A stretch of DNA of 64,000 nt, taken from assembly GCA_964373715.1 (NCBI GenBank), contig CAYJVR010000004.1, positions 25,255 through 89,254 on the forward strand, read 5' to 3'. The notes under the pieces are model-generated. The model made no database searches and had not been told where the DNA came from. It saw only the letters and a program-made list of their open reading frames with translations. Below are positions 20,001-27,427 of this stretch, piece by piece. This stretch comes from an uncultured Planctomycetia bacterium. GTDB lineage: Bacteria; Omnitrophota; Gorgyraeia; 1-14-0-20-64-10. Both the position numbers and the translations under genes were made by a program. Within the stretch, counting starts at the first letter, position 1; each line of letters opens with the position of its first letter.

Positions 20001-21146
20001 CGTCTGCGTGTTGTTGGTCCGCAGATAAGCGGCGAGCGCCGAAACCAGATCCGGCAGAGCCCGATGAGCCTCCAATGCCGTCGGATGAGCCAAGTAAGCG
20101 TTCTGGAGCTGGGCATCCAGCGGGATTCCCCTTTCCCCCATAATCACATAGAGAAAATCGTCGGCGGAAATCCCGGAACCGATCATCCCCAGCAGAGGAG
20201 CCTGATTCGTCAGGAACTCCTGGAGCGCGGCCGGGATCGCAGAGGCTGGATCCTCGTCGTCATCCTGGATCCTTTTCCGGAGACTCTTGCTGAGGAACCG
20301 GAGCTGAACGCGGAGCGTTTCGGGGCTTTCTTCAAACCCCGCGTTGCCGCGGCGGATCTTTTCGAGGATCATTTCCCCCACCTCGCCCCGGACCTCTCCG
20401 GCGTGCGCGAGGCATTCCCGTTCGAACCGGTCAATCGCCTGCTTCCCAAGCCTCGAATCAATCCTCACCAGCGCGGAGGCAACGCCGGTCAGCGCGTACG
20501 TGCTCCAGGCCAAGTGGGCGTCCAAAAGGGCGTCCCGTCTTTTCACCGAACGCTTGAACGTCTTCTCGCGCGCCTTGAGAGTCTCGATGCTCAGCACCGC
20601 CTGCAGCGCGGCAACGACTCTGTCTTTCTGCGGGACTTTTGCTCCAAGAGCTCCGAGAACCAGCGCGGCTCCGCGCGGATTTTTCCAGTTCGAGTGATCA
20701 TTCAACCGCTCCAAAAGGAAATCTATGGCCCCGTCTGAATCATTGGCGACAATCTTTCTCAGCGCACCGCGGGCTTCGTCCAGATACTCGACATCCAGCG
20801 ACAGGTTCTGAAAAACATCCGTCAGAACCGGCAGACCCTGGACCCCTTTGGCAACCAGCTTGCCGGCCGCCGCCTGCCGGGCCACAGCATCCTCGGTCAT
20901 GAAATCAATCCAGGCCGGTTCCTTCTCTTCCAACCCGGCAGAGGGGACCACCGTTCCCACAAGCCCCGTTATCCTGTCGGTTAAAACCCGGGTATTCACG
21001 GAAGTCAGCGCACGTTTAAGCTCCTGCTCGACATTTCCCTCGGCAGCCTCCTGCGGTTTCAAGGCATAGGCAGGGTTGGGCAACGCTAGCGCAAGCGATA
21101 GCAAAAGCCCTAAAATTCTATATAGAGGAAACGGTTGTAATCTCAT
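14049..21146 (-). CDS. 2365-aa multidomain protein: hydrophobic leader, helical region, GAF-like domain, histidine-kinase core (HisKA H-box plus HATPase_c), two tandem beta-rich repeats of about 190 aa, a degenerate second HATPase-like segment, and the shared C-terminal module
   Basis: H-box ITGILHDLKNRLAGVS. HATPase N-box LVELLENTSKY, G1 VEDNGIGIP and G2 GTGYGLS. Tandem repeat FE[IV]..[VL]E[IL]ADS.Q.[IV]SPV.VP...G..FL.EV...AGK..FF...GWGPDTP.F. Second degenerate ATPase-like block LVQELGKNLLEH...GEAGIGLSASYLAVMDIPGGSLTVET. C-terminus ...LILDLTRGTIERVTIDGEDYFAIFA. Confidence 0.75.
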   Translation of the reverse strand: MRLQPFPLYRILGLLLSLALALPNPAYALKPQEAAEGNVEQELKRALTSVNTRVLTDRITGLVGTVVPSAGLEEKEPAWIDFMTEDAVARQAAAGKLVAKGVQGLPVLTDVFQNLSLDVEYLDEARGALRKIVANDSDGAIDFLLERLNDHSNWKNPRGAALVLGALGAKVPQKDRVVAALQAVLSIETLKAREKTFKRSVKRRDALLDAHLAWSTYALTGVASALVRIDSRLGKQAIDRFERECLAHAGEVRGEVGEMILEKIRRGNAGFEESPETLRVQLRFLSKSLRKRIQDDDEDPASAIPAALQEFLTNQAPLLGMIGSGISADDFLYVIMGERGIPLDAQLQNAYLAHPTALEAHRALPDLVSALAAYLRTNNTQTVSATALLTDIETGNNPQPVPTMLSLRDFSGLIERMLEVTASAGLEEQEPMLREVSAGTLDVPIYVVADALFSLLDTASSADDRAAGMAVLPNAVSNFDSSPTGKRWRLESIPAGQYLGLDGVYELDHLIEAAIDAQGVVLIRASELYGEDARQITPALIHEERMHLQMAREITDSPALFERARDAILSSRRRAVTAVRRVIEEGYEKGELDPNTLAMELIPAILVHAAERTAEKRIREIFPTDTRDEVRRWWRESRPSERQVAQALEQARRLQVHAGVRSYHDQVVEMLRERLEAPQGPPPQTAGMEEETKPPGGAISTSMPSDLLGSLLGVMNDFFAAQDETAVEQPFVRSAREVLGYSGAVLYLVRQSEKPNEFQILSEIRALEGMSAAASWSPATHEKKKALESGVDDLYVEDRQKADFVDQTLLAKDAQTYAGGNLDNVRSVYYVVLRDADHRPWGLLMVNNWKSGAPLFPGQSEAETEAYRLQVLRILQTVGNAALFARQNVRNYRLYRNAMNLEKEGQRITGILHDLKNRLAGVSASAELFSMDFESEAGVLYVLAQEVQRFIIERAEEARVVMRLAGKRPVKKEPPAQARKAPSLQNLEVFDKLFHSVSLDFLEAVRDLDPEEVRALYRRHLDDPGLKDNPEAQRILAAWEALASSAIAAVEEWDDENQKFIPQLQTFIARFKGVREFASQLRAIAEKESDQEIAADVRKLADRVDRVVQEANQFLADIGATIEVDLGKISQPAEQIHVDVGSILREEIESRAGQFTLRYDSLQWTQGGGVLYVSPEESRLIRSTLVELLENTSKYRRQDKALEVAVTAVYSPADRTVEVTVEDNGIGIPAKITVAGEEKSREEVLFQHGQRLDRPETAGTQGTGYGLSSLSNELTKRSGVLELVRSVSQAEAGAAGTTGSVFRFRLPVTVQKGPVSEESQEEPRGAAAILGLEDELKKAAVPAEAEGEDFMAFLEQAIDQQIAAEKPPADPEKPPENKPNNAGAGTEEIDPAVRNLLNRLFDPENNSAQRMNLLVEQAPAFSAQQRVSLTRSLLWLSDTPEVQGFLRGIFLADTPPLRQARAAVLEGICGDETGQSIRAFLSVWEESPSILIDVVLKQIEAEIHPSGQWAPGWERRGPVFLLGIKEIRIQRAIEEIRKAGSLPEMFLYNDLTRAMEERAQLYWQGLLPETPAGSAQIVQKTAGFAYFTEGQIARRLSVRIGDAPKPDPSRASSPDPVYEAAMRSYEELKKAFETALQNPDRLVRYEAYQQMILLETLRADALLSISDARGAEALAVLSQAFELRYRRDSLVRQVRAELGIGRPEKPDEKVFEIFGVELADSTQKISPVIVPHVRPGDIFLVEVDTPAGKKYFFTGANDRLNTVLLDEDDITVSREGFRFEGGGVMPVRFPRRPPPVGAKTARIEALDMNFRYDPDNGLVFAWGPDTPRFRVARLAEMERVSFEVLALEIADSKQQVSPVSVPAAGDGSTFLLEVNAAAGKQRFFVIPSGKDQIVVPDEQFFKVRTEGFSAAPGQKITIVGSQRPPPRFSEFVRMETLDLNIRWTEEGKMILIGWGPDTPSFSLSRLKGIPAGLEEKPETAVLGEVTAQLSDPGLFQRAVNRLAAETAAVLGLPYDEQNRTSGTLLMFLVQELGKNLLEHVPEESHPSAALRFSIERVVSAEGKTTGSLVVTYRDENPGPWKIPVDTAVRVAGSTRKTGFDEGEAGIGLSASYLAVMDIPGGSLTVETAGPDGGRIRYLYTAAGEAPAIQAVERAQGSEIIFRLPVSVQGGSIQEVAAQIRDAFSKAGLEEKSTARVWTLEKMGRKGVELAAEAGAQGYTQAVLVPVGAVLSRMESATLDLYAQPSVSSAAMAILPDGWGIGQILAIPENDPSAGNDLLRKATDEFTRGRQVVIALDPDLKSGLQLPQNHPVALLLSEKTYHLIDRTILAAFLSQPQILRNLILDLTRGTIERVTIDGEDYFAIFA

Positions 21147-21216
21147 CTTTTTTAACGACAGTGGTTACGAAAGGTTAACTGGATATAAGTTTACCCTGCA
21201 TAATGGTTTATTTCAA

Positions 21217-21248
21217 ATGTAAATATAGCTTTATATGTATATTTACAT
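21217..21248. promoter_or_regulatory. perfect 11-bp inverted repeat (ATGTAAATATA-N10-TATATTTACAT) in a divergent promoter region; candidate operator
   Basis: Lies in AT-rich DNA about 70 nt from the start codons of both the 14049..21146 (-) and 21317..22120 (+) genes. A near-palindrome gcagccgtcggttgc sits at 21266..21280. Confidence 0.4.
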
Positions 21249-21316
21249 TCGTCGCAAAGAGGCTTGCAGCCGTCGGTTGCGTGTGCGACACTAATAAAAT
21301 TATGTAGGTTGCTCTC

Positions 21317-22120
21317 ATGTATCCGATAAAAACTAAAAAAACTCTGATGACGCACTTCCTGATCATCCTGCTTATGAGCGGCTGCTCCACAAGCTATAAC
21401 GTCGCCACCGACAGGACCGAATCCCTTGTCCTGAGCCCGGAAAAAGAGTTCCAACTCGGCGAAGCCGCTGCGAAACGGATAGAAGAGGAGTTTGATCTTA
21501 TCCGAGATCCTGCACTCTTGGAACGGCTGGACCGGGTGGGAGAAAAAATAGCGGCTGCTTCCGACAGAACGGATGTCATCTACCGGTTCAACATCGTGGA
21601 CATAAAAGAGAACGGCGTCAGCCAACCCAACGCGTTCGCGCTACCCGGAGGTCCCGTTTATGTGACGGTAGGCCTGCTGGACTTGCTGAAAACGGACGAC
21701 CAGCTCGCCGCGGTATTGGGCCACGAGATCGGCCATGTGGTGGCGCGGCACGCCGCCAAAAGGCTTCAAGGGGCCATCGGCCTCCAACTGCTGCAGGCTT
21801 TAGCCATAGGCAGCGGCTCAACGAAAACTGTCAGACAGAGACAGAACCTGGAGTTGGCTTTAGTTTCCCTGTTGTCTGAGTATTCCCAACAGGATGAGTT
21901 GGAAGCCGATCGGCTGAGTGTGCGGTATCTCAAAAGAGCCGGCTACAACCCGAACGCTGCCCTTGAAGCCCTCACGGCTCTCCGTGAGCATCTTCACAAG
22001 CAGCCTGCCCGGCGATTTTCTTATTTCCGGACCCATCCCTATTTCACCGATCGGCTTCGTATTGTCCGGCAGGAAGCGACCGGGCAGATCGGTTTCGACG
22101 ACTACGTCAACACCCGGTAA
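21317..22120 (+). CDS. M48 family zinc metallopeptidase, lipoprotein
   Basis: HExxH motif LGHEIGHVVARHA. N-terminal lipobox ILLMSGCS. Resembles YcaL/BepA-type periplasmic M48 peptidases. Confidence 0.8.
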   Translation: MYPIKTKKTLMTHFLIILLMSGCSTSYNVATDRTESLVLSPEKEFQLGEAAAKRIEEEFDLIRDPALLERLDRVGEKIAAASDRTDVIYRFNIVDIKENGVSQPNAFALPGGPVYVTVGLLDLLKTDDQLAAVLGHEIGHVVARHAAKRLQGAIGLQLLQALAIGSGSTKTVRQRQNLELALVSLLSEYSQQDELEADRLSVRYLKRAGYNPNAALEALTALREHLHKQPARRFSYFRTHPYFTDRLRIVRQEATGQIGFDDYVNTR

Positions 22121-22170
22121 CAATAGCCCGGTGAATCTCAGTAAGCAAGCCCAAATGGTATAATCGTTTA

Positions 22171-23121
22171 ATGGTTAAAAAAGTTCTCTTGTTTCTGCTC
22201 AGAGCAATCGTCACCCTCCTGGCATTCTGGCTGATCTTCCGGAAGGTTGATTTCTCCACGTTCCAACAAACGATTCTGCAAGCTAAACCCATTTGGCTTC
22301 TGACAAGTCTCGCACTCTTCATTCTGACGCAGTTAGGCTGCATCATCCGGTGGCATCTTCTGGCGCCGAAACACCCTCAACTCACCTTCCCGTTTCTCGC
22401 CAATTCGTACCTTGTGGGGATGTTCTTTAGCGCTTTCCTGCCGACAACGGTGGGGGGAGATGTCATGCGCAGCTACGATCTGATCAAGGCGACGGGACAA
22501 TGGCGAGAACCGCTGGCGTCGGTTCTGATGGATCGGCTGGTCGGAATCACCGGATTGATGATTCTCGCTTTGATTGCCTGGATCTCTTTCCCTCCGGTGC
22601 GGCAGGATCAGGTGATGAATCTCGGCATTTTGTGGCTCTGCGGCATTGTCGTAGCAGCCCTTTGCGTGCTGGCCTCCCGAAGACTGTTGAATGCCACTCT
22701 AAAACCGTTCAGCAAAATCGGCTTGGGACAGCTTCAAAGCCATGCAAAGCAGTTTCAAGAAACTTTGTTGACCTATCTGCGCCGGCCGAACATCCTTATG
22801 GGGGCCCTGGGACTGGCTCTGGCAAACCAAATGTTGGGTGTCATCTCCACCGTGGCGGCCATGAAAGCGCTGAATTTGGAAATACCGGTGTTGTACCTGT
22901 TCATCATCATCCCAATCGTCTCGATGGTTTCGCAGCTGCCGATCTCTCTTAACGGGTGGGGCATTCGGGAAGGAACCACGGTCTTTTTGTTCCACCAGGT
23001 CGGAATTGAACCCGCGATGGGTCTTTCGCTGGCTTTGGTCGGAGCGATGATGCAGTTGTTGCCCGGAATTATCGGCGGGTTTTTGTTTCTAGCGAGACAG
23101 CTCCGAAAGAAACCGGGGTAG
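22171..23121 (+). CDS. flippase-like / lysylphosphatidylglycerol-synthase TM-domain family (UPF0104) membrane protein
   Basis: 316 aa, about 8 predicted TM helices, conserved GGDVMRSYDL-type motif. Confidence 0.55.
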   Translation: MVKKVLLFLLRAIVTLLAFWLIFRKVDFSTFQQTILQAKPIWLLTSLALFILTQLGCIIRWHLLAPKHPQLTFPFLANSYLVGMFFSAFLPTTVGGDVMRSYDLIKATGQWREPLASVLMDRLVGITGLMILALIAWISFPPVRQDQVMNLGILWLCGIVVAALCVLASRRLLNATLKPFSKIGLGQLQSHAKQFQETLLTYLRRPNILMGALGLALANQMLGVISTVAAMKALNLEIPVLYLFIIIPIVSMVSQLPISLNGWGIREGTTVFLFHQVGIEPAMGLSLALVGAMMQLLPGIIGGFLFLARQLRKKPG

Positions 23122-24448
23122 AGCCCTTTCCCAGAAGACGGAGCGCTTCGGCAACCATAAAAAGGGAGCCGGATACCAGGATAAGATCGTCCGAATCCGC
23201 TTCGGATTGAGCCCGTTTGAGCGCCTCCTCAACTGACTCATAAACAGCCGGTTCACTCTTTCCTTCCTCTCTCAAAATCTCCGTTATCTTTTCAGGAGAT
23301 TCGGCCCGCGAAACAGCCGCCCGGGTGACGAGAATCTTCCAATCGGTACGGCTTAAGAGACCGCAAATTCCGGCGAGATCCTTTCCTCTGGAGATTCCGA
23401 GAATCAGCCAAACCTTTTTCTCCGGGAAAATCTCTGTGATGGTCTGACGCAGAACTTTGAAGGAGGCGGCATTGTGCGCTCCATCTAAAAGGATAGGCGG
23501 CCGGCCCTGGACCAGCTGGCAACGGCCGGGCCAAACAACCTCCCGAAGCCCGCGGCATACAACCGTTGTCTCGCATGCACGCCTCTGCCGGGACCACAAC
23601 TCCACCGCACGGACAGCCGTGATGGCGTTTCCAGCCTGGTGACGGCCTAAAAGAGGAACCTCGACTTCCGGATAATCCCCCACGGGTGTCCGGAAGGAAA
23701 ACCGGGTCCCATCCGCGCCTGTTTCAAGACGGGAAACGAGAACCTCCTCCTCTGTCCTGTGCAGCGGGGCACTCCGCGCAGCGGCAACCGCGGAAAAAAC
23801 CGCATCCGCCTCCGGCGGCTGCGGAGCAAGAACCACAGGAACCTTTTCTTTAATGATCCCCGCTTTTTCCAGCGAAATCGCCTCGACCGTATTCCCGAGC
23901 TGCTCCATGTGGTCCAAGCTGACGGGGGTAATTACCGTTACTTCAGGCAGGAGCACATTCGTTGAATCAAGCCTGCCGCCAAGACCGACTTCCACCACAA
24001 CCACATCCACTCCCGCCTCTTGGAAATAAAAAAAAGCCGCGGCTGTCAGGAGATCAAAATACGTCATCTCAGGGACAACAACCGGACGAATCCTGGTGAA
24101 CACCGAGGCAAAATCTTTTTGGGTGATCGGCTCTCCATTCACTTGAATCCTCTCACAGATCGAAAACAGATGCGGCGACGTGTAAAGCCCGGTCCGGACT
24201 CCGGCCGCCTTGAGAATCGAGGCGATAAACGCGCAGGTGGACCCCTTCCCTTTTGTACCGGCGACGTGAATCGCAGGATAACGCCGATGGGGATCTCCAA
24301 GCGCACTCAGTAAGCGGGCGATCCGGTCAAGAGACAAATCCATGGAATAATTCTGCGGCAGGGTTTTTTCGTAATTGACGAAGGAATCGAGATAGTCGAG
24401 CATCTCTTTATAAGTCATAGAAGGCTCCAACCAGAAGGCATTCTGCAA
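23069..24448 (-). CDS. folC: bifunctional folylpolyglutamate synthase / dihydrofolate synthase
   Basis: Mur-ligase P-loop VAGTKGKGST, family-typical length of 459 aa. The 3' end overlaps the convergent 22171..23121 gene by about 50 nt. Confidence 0.8.
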   Translation of the reverse strand: MQNAFWLEPSMTYKEMLDYLDSFVNYEKTLPQNYSMDLSLDRIARLLSALGDPHRRYPAIHVAGTKGKGSTCAFIASILKAAGVRTGLYTSPHLFSICERIQVNGEPITQKDFASVFTRIRPVVVPEMTYFDLLTAAAFFYFQEAGVDVVVVEVGLGGRLDSTNVLLPEVTVITPVSLDHMEQLGNTVEAISLEKAGIIKEKVPVVLAPQPPEADAVFSAVAAARSAPLHRTEEEVLVSRLETGADGTRFSFRTPVGDYPEVEVPLLGRHQAGNAITAVRAVELWSRQRRACETTVVCRGLREVVWPGRCQLVQGRPPILLDGAHNAASFKVLRQTITEIFPEKKVWLILGISRGKDLAGICGLLSRTDWKILVTRAAVSRAESPEKITEILREEGKSEPAVYESVEEALKRAQSEADSDDLILVSGSLFMVAEALRLLGKGSTPVSFGAVSLETKTRR

Positions 24449-24466
24449 CGACAGAACCTGCCATAA

Positions 24467-26044
24467 CTAATGTCTGAAGTGACGTTCTCCGGTGAGCAAC
24501 ATCGGAATCTTCGCTTTTTCGGCGATTTTGATCACCTCCGGATCCTGCACCGAACCTCCCGGCTGAACAATCGCCTTAACACCGGCTTTTACGGCGAACT
24601 GAGGCCCATCCGGTTTCGGAAAGAAACCATCGCTGGCTAAAACAGCTCCCTTGGAACGGGCTCCGGCTTTCTTTAAAGCAATCTTTACGCTGTCCACACG
24701 ACTCATCTGTCCGGCTCCGATACCGACAACCTGCTCATCCTTCACGAGAACAATCGCGTTCGACCGGACAAACCTCGAGACTGTCCAGGCAAAAGCCAGA
24801 TCTCGCCGTTGGGCTGCCGTCGGTTTCACACGGGTCGCTGTGCGCCACTGAGAAGGTTTGACAATCATCCTGTCCGGCTGCTGAACGAGAAGGCCGCTTG
24901 TCACCTGCTTGATGTCCAAACACCCGGAGGGAGGCCGAGTCGAAGAGAGCGGCGCTTCAATCAACCGAAGGTTTTTCTTTCTCTTAAGGATATTGAGCGC
25001 TTCCGCCGAGTAGCCCGGAGCCACGACGCACTCCATAAAACCAGCCTTAATAATCGCCTTGGCGGCCGCTTTATCCACCGTCCGGTTTAAGCCCACAATA
25101 CCGCCGAAGGCAGAAAGAGAATCCCCGGCAAATGCCCGTTCAAAAGCCTTGGCCAATGTCGGAGCACAGGCAGCACCGCACGGATTGGTGTGTTTGATCA
25201 CCGTCGCGGCCGGTTTTTCAAAAGCGGCGGCCACCTCCAAAGCAGCACTCAAATCCAACAGATTGTTGAACGACAGCTCTTTCCCGTGGAGCTGCTTCAA
25301 ATTCCCGCAGCCGTTTGAACCGCTTGCCGCGGAAGGCCACTGGTACCAGCTTCCTCGCTGGTGAGGATTCTCCCCATAGCGGAGGATCTGCCTCCTTGAA
25401 ACGGCTAAAACAAGATGGTCCGGCCACCGCGAATCCCCTTTGGCGTGGCGCGAGAGTCCCTGGCAGATCACGCTGTCATAGTAAGCAGTCTCCGAAAAAG
25501 CGACAACGGCCAGCTTCAGTCGAGTTTCTTCCGACAGGCACCCCCCTTGGCGCCGCAACTCCTCTAGAACCGCCGGATACTGGGAAGGGCACGAAATGAC
25601 ACCGACCGACTCGAAATTCTTAGCGGCGGAACGGATAAGGGCAACCCCTCCAATATCGATTTGTTCGATCAGCTCACGCAGCTTCACCCCTTTCTGCCGC
25701 GTTGTCTCTTCGAACGGGTAAAGATTCACAATGACAAGGTCTATCAGCTTCAGCCCGAGCCTCTTGACCTGTTGAAGATGCCCTTTGTCATGGCGCTTGG
25801 CCAAGATTCCGCCGTGCACTTTAGGGTGAAGCGTCTTGACGCGGCCTGCTAAAATTTCGGGAAACCCCGTAAAATCAGATATCTCCTGGACCGGTATTCC
25901 CCCTTCCTGCAAAAGTTTCGCCGTTCCTCCGGTTGAGATGACCTGAATCCCCATCTCTCTCAAACCGCGGATAAACGGAACAAGATCTCTCTTATCCGAC
26001 ACCGAAACAAGCGCCCTTTTTATTTGGACTCTCTTGGGGCTCAT
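24467..26044 (-). CDS. purH: bifunctional AICAR transformylase / IMP cyclohydrolase
   Basis: 525 aa. N-terminal MGS-like domain ALVSVSDKRDLVPFIRGLREMGIQVISTGGTAKLL and C-terminal AICARFT domain. Confidence 0.9.
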   Translation of the reverse strand: MSPKRVQIKRALVSVSDKRDLVPFIRGLREMGIQVISTGGTAKLLQEGGIPVQEISDFTGFPEILAGRVKTLHPKVHGGILAKRHDKGHLQQVKRLGLKLIDLVIVNLYPFEETTRQKGVKLRELIEQIDIGGVALIRSAAKNFESVGVISCPSQYPAVLEELRRQGGCLSEETRLKLAVVAFSETAYYDSVICQGLSRHAKGDSRWPDHLVLAVSRRQILRYGENPHQRGSWYQWPSAASGSNGCGNLKQLHGKELSFNNLLDLSAALEVAAAFEKPAATVIKHTNPCGAACAPTLAKAFERAFAGDSLSAFGGIVGLNRTVDKAAAKAIIKAGFMECVVAPGYSAEALNILKRKKNLRLIEAPLSSTRPPSGCLDIKQVTSGLLVQQPDRMIVKPSQWRTATRVKPTAAQRRDLAFAWTVSRFVRSNAIVLVKDEQVVGIGAGQMSRVDSVKIALKKAGARSKGAVLASDGFFPKPDGPQFAVKAGVKAIVQPGGSVQDPEVIKIAEKAKIPMLLTGERHFRH

Positions 26045-26685
26045 TTTCTTTTGGATCCCTTCTGTTTCGCCTGCGACTGAAGGATTTTTTTCGCTTCAGG
26101 AGTGGCTATGAACTCCAACCCGATTTTCGCCTTGCGCCGGACGTTCGAATCCGGATCATTCAAGAAGGGGGCAATTACAGGAACCGCTTTCTCAGGCTCA
26201 AGAACCTTGCAAACCGCCTCGATAACAAAACCCCGGACGACTGCTTTCGGATCATTGAGCCTCTCCACAAGGAAGGAAGCGGCCTTTCCTGAGGCTTTCC
26301 CGAATTTGCCGAGCGTCTCCGCAGTCTTGAGCCGGATAAGATATTCTTCGTCTTTTAAGAGAAAAATCAAGATAGCCACCGCCTCTTCGGACGGAACGCC
26401 AATCTCCCCGAGAGCGTCAATACTGTTTTGCCGGACGCGCGAATCTTTGTCTTTCAGAGCTTTCACAAGCAAAGGAACGGCCTCTTTCGCGTCAGGGCCA
26501 AGCCTGGTGAGAGAAACCGCGGCCTCGCGCCTGAGCTCAACATCGGATGACTGCAGATCCTGCACAGCCTCTTTAACCTTCTGCGCATTTTCAGGTTTCT
26601 TCTCATCCGCCCACAAGAAGCCGGGCCGGAAAACAACCAGAGAAAAAAAGAAAACAATGGCCGAGAAACTAACGAATCGTCGCAT
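26041..26685 (-). CDS. secreted HEAT / PBS-lyase-like repeat protein
   Basis: N-terminal signal peptide, then repeated ...VR..A..ALG.IG... HEAT-like units. ATGA overlap with purH. Confidence 0.6.
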   Translation of the reverse strand: MRRFVSFSAIVFFFSLVVFRPGFLWADEKKPENAQKVKEAVQDLQSSDVELRREAAVSLTRLGPDAKEAVPLLVKALKDKDSRVRQNSIDALGEIGVPSEEAVAILIFLLKDEEYLIRLKTAETLGKFGKASGKAASFLVERLNDPKAVVRGFVIEAVCKVLEPEKAVPVIAPFLNDPDSNVRRKAKIGLEFIATPEAKKILQSQAKQKGSKRK

Positions 26686-27427
26686 TCTTCCCCCTCAGTT
26701 TTGACATTAACCGGCGGGTGACGGGACCAGGCACAATCTCCCCAATCCGGCGGCCGTCCACCTCACGGATAGGGAGAAGCCTCATCAAAACGTTGGTAAG
26801 AAAAGCCTCATCCGCGTTAAACAGGTCATGGCGCGTTACCGGAACCTCTTTCACCGGGATCTTCAGACGCCGGGCCGCCTGAAGGACCTTCTTTCTCGTG
26901 ATCCCTTCCAAAACGCCGACCCATGCCGGCGGCGTAAAAAGCGTTCCCTCTTTCACAAAAAAGAAGTTGGAAACCGTCCCCTCGGTAAGGAGACCGTGGG
27001 AACCAAGCCGAAGGACATCAAACGCCTCTCCCCCCTCGCAGCGGGCAAGAATGCTGGAAAGCCTTTCCGAATGTTTCGACAGAGACCGCGCCGTTTCCCC
27101 GGACGGCCAGCGAGTCGGAACTGTCCTGAGCCGGACCCCCCACTTCTGAAGCGCAGGCGTGTAACGGGTCCGCGCAGAAGCGTGCAAAACCGTTCTTCTC
27201 TCGCCGTACCGGTTGACCGTAACACGAACATAACCGCTGCCGATCCGCCGGGCCTCTCTGCGGATTTCGGCCGCCAAATTATCTTGTCCGTAAAAATCAA
27301 CGGCCAACGCATGAAGAGATTCGTTGATCCGTTGAATATGTTCCCTCAGATTCACCGGCCGGCCGTTTTCCACCCGGATCGTTTCAAAACAACCGGAGGA
27401 ATCAAACAGCTCAGGAACTGGACGCAT
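26669..27427 (-). CDS. pabC: class IV aminotransferase fold protein, probable aminodeoxychorismate lyase
   Basis: 252 aa with fold-type IV PLP-enzyme features (...EAFLTNVLMRLLPIREVDG...). Overlaps pabB by 17 nt. Confidence 0.65.
   Translation of the reverse strand: MRPVPELFDSSGCFETIRVENGRPVNLREHIQRINESLHALAVDFYGQDNLAAEIRREARRIGSGYVRVTVNRYGERRTVLHASARTRYTPALQKWGVRLRTVPTRWPSGETARSLSKHSERLSSILARCEGGEAFDVLRLGSHGLLTEGTVSNFFFVKEGTLFTPPAWVGVLEGITRKKVLQAARRLKIPVKEVPVTRHDLFNADEAFLTNVLMRLLPIREVDGRRIGEIVPGPVTRRLMSKLRGKNATIR

Noticed and set aside
9761-21069. Numerous 60 to 315-aa ORFs on both strands within 9619..21146
   Set aside because: All lie inside the two giant minus-strand genes. They are out-of-frame or antisense high-GC shadows with low-complexity translations.
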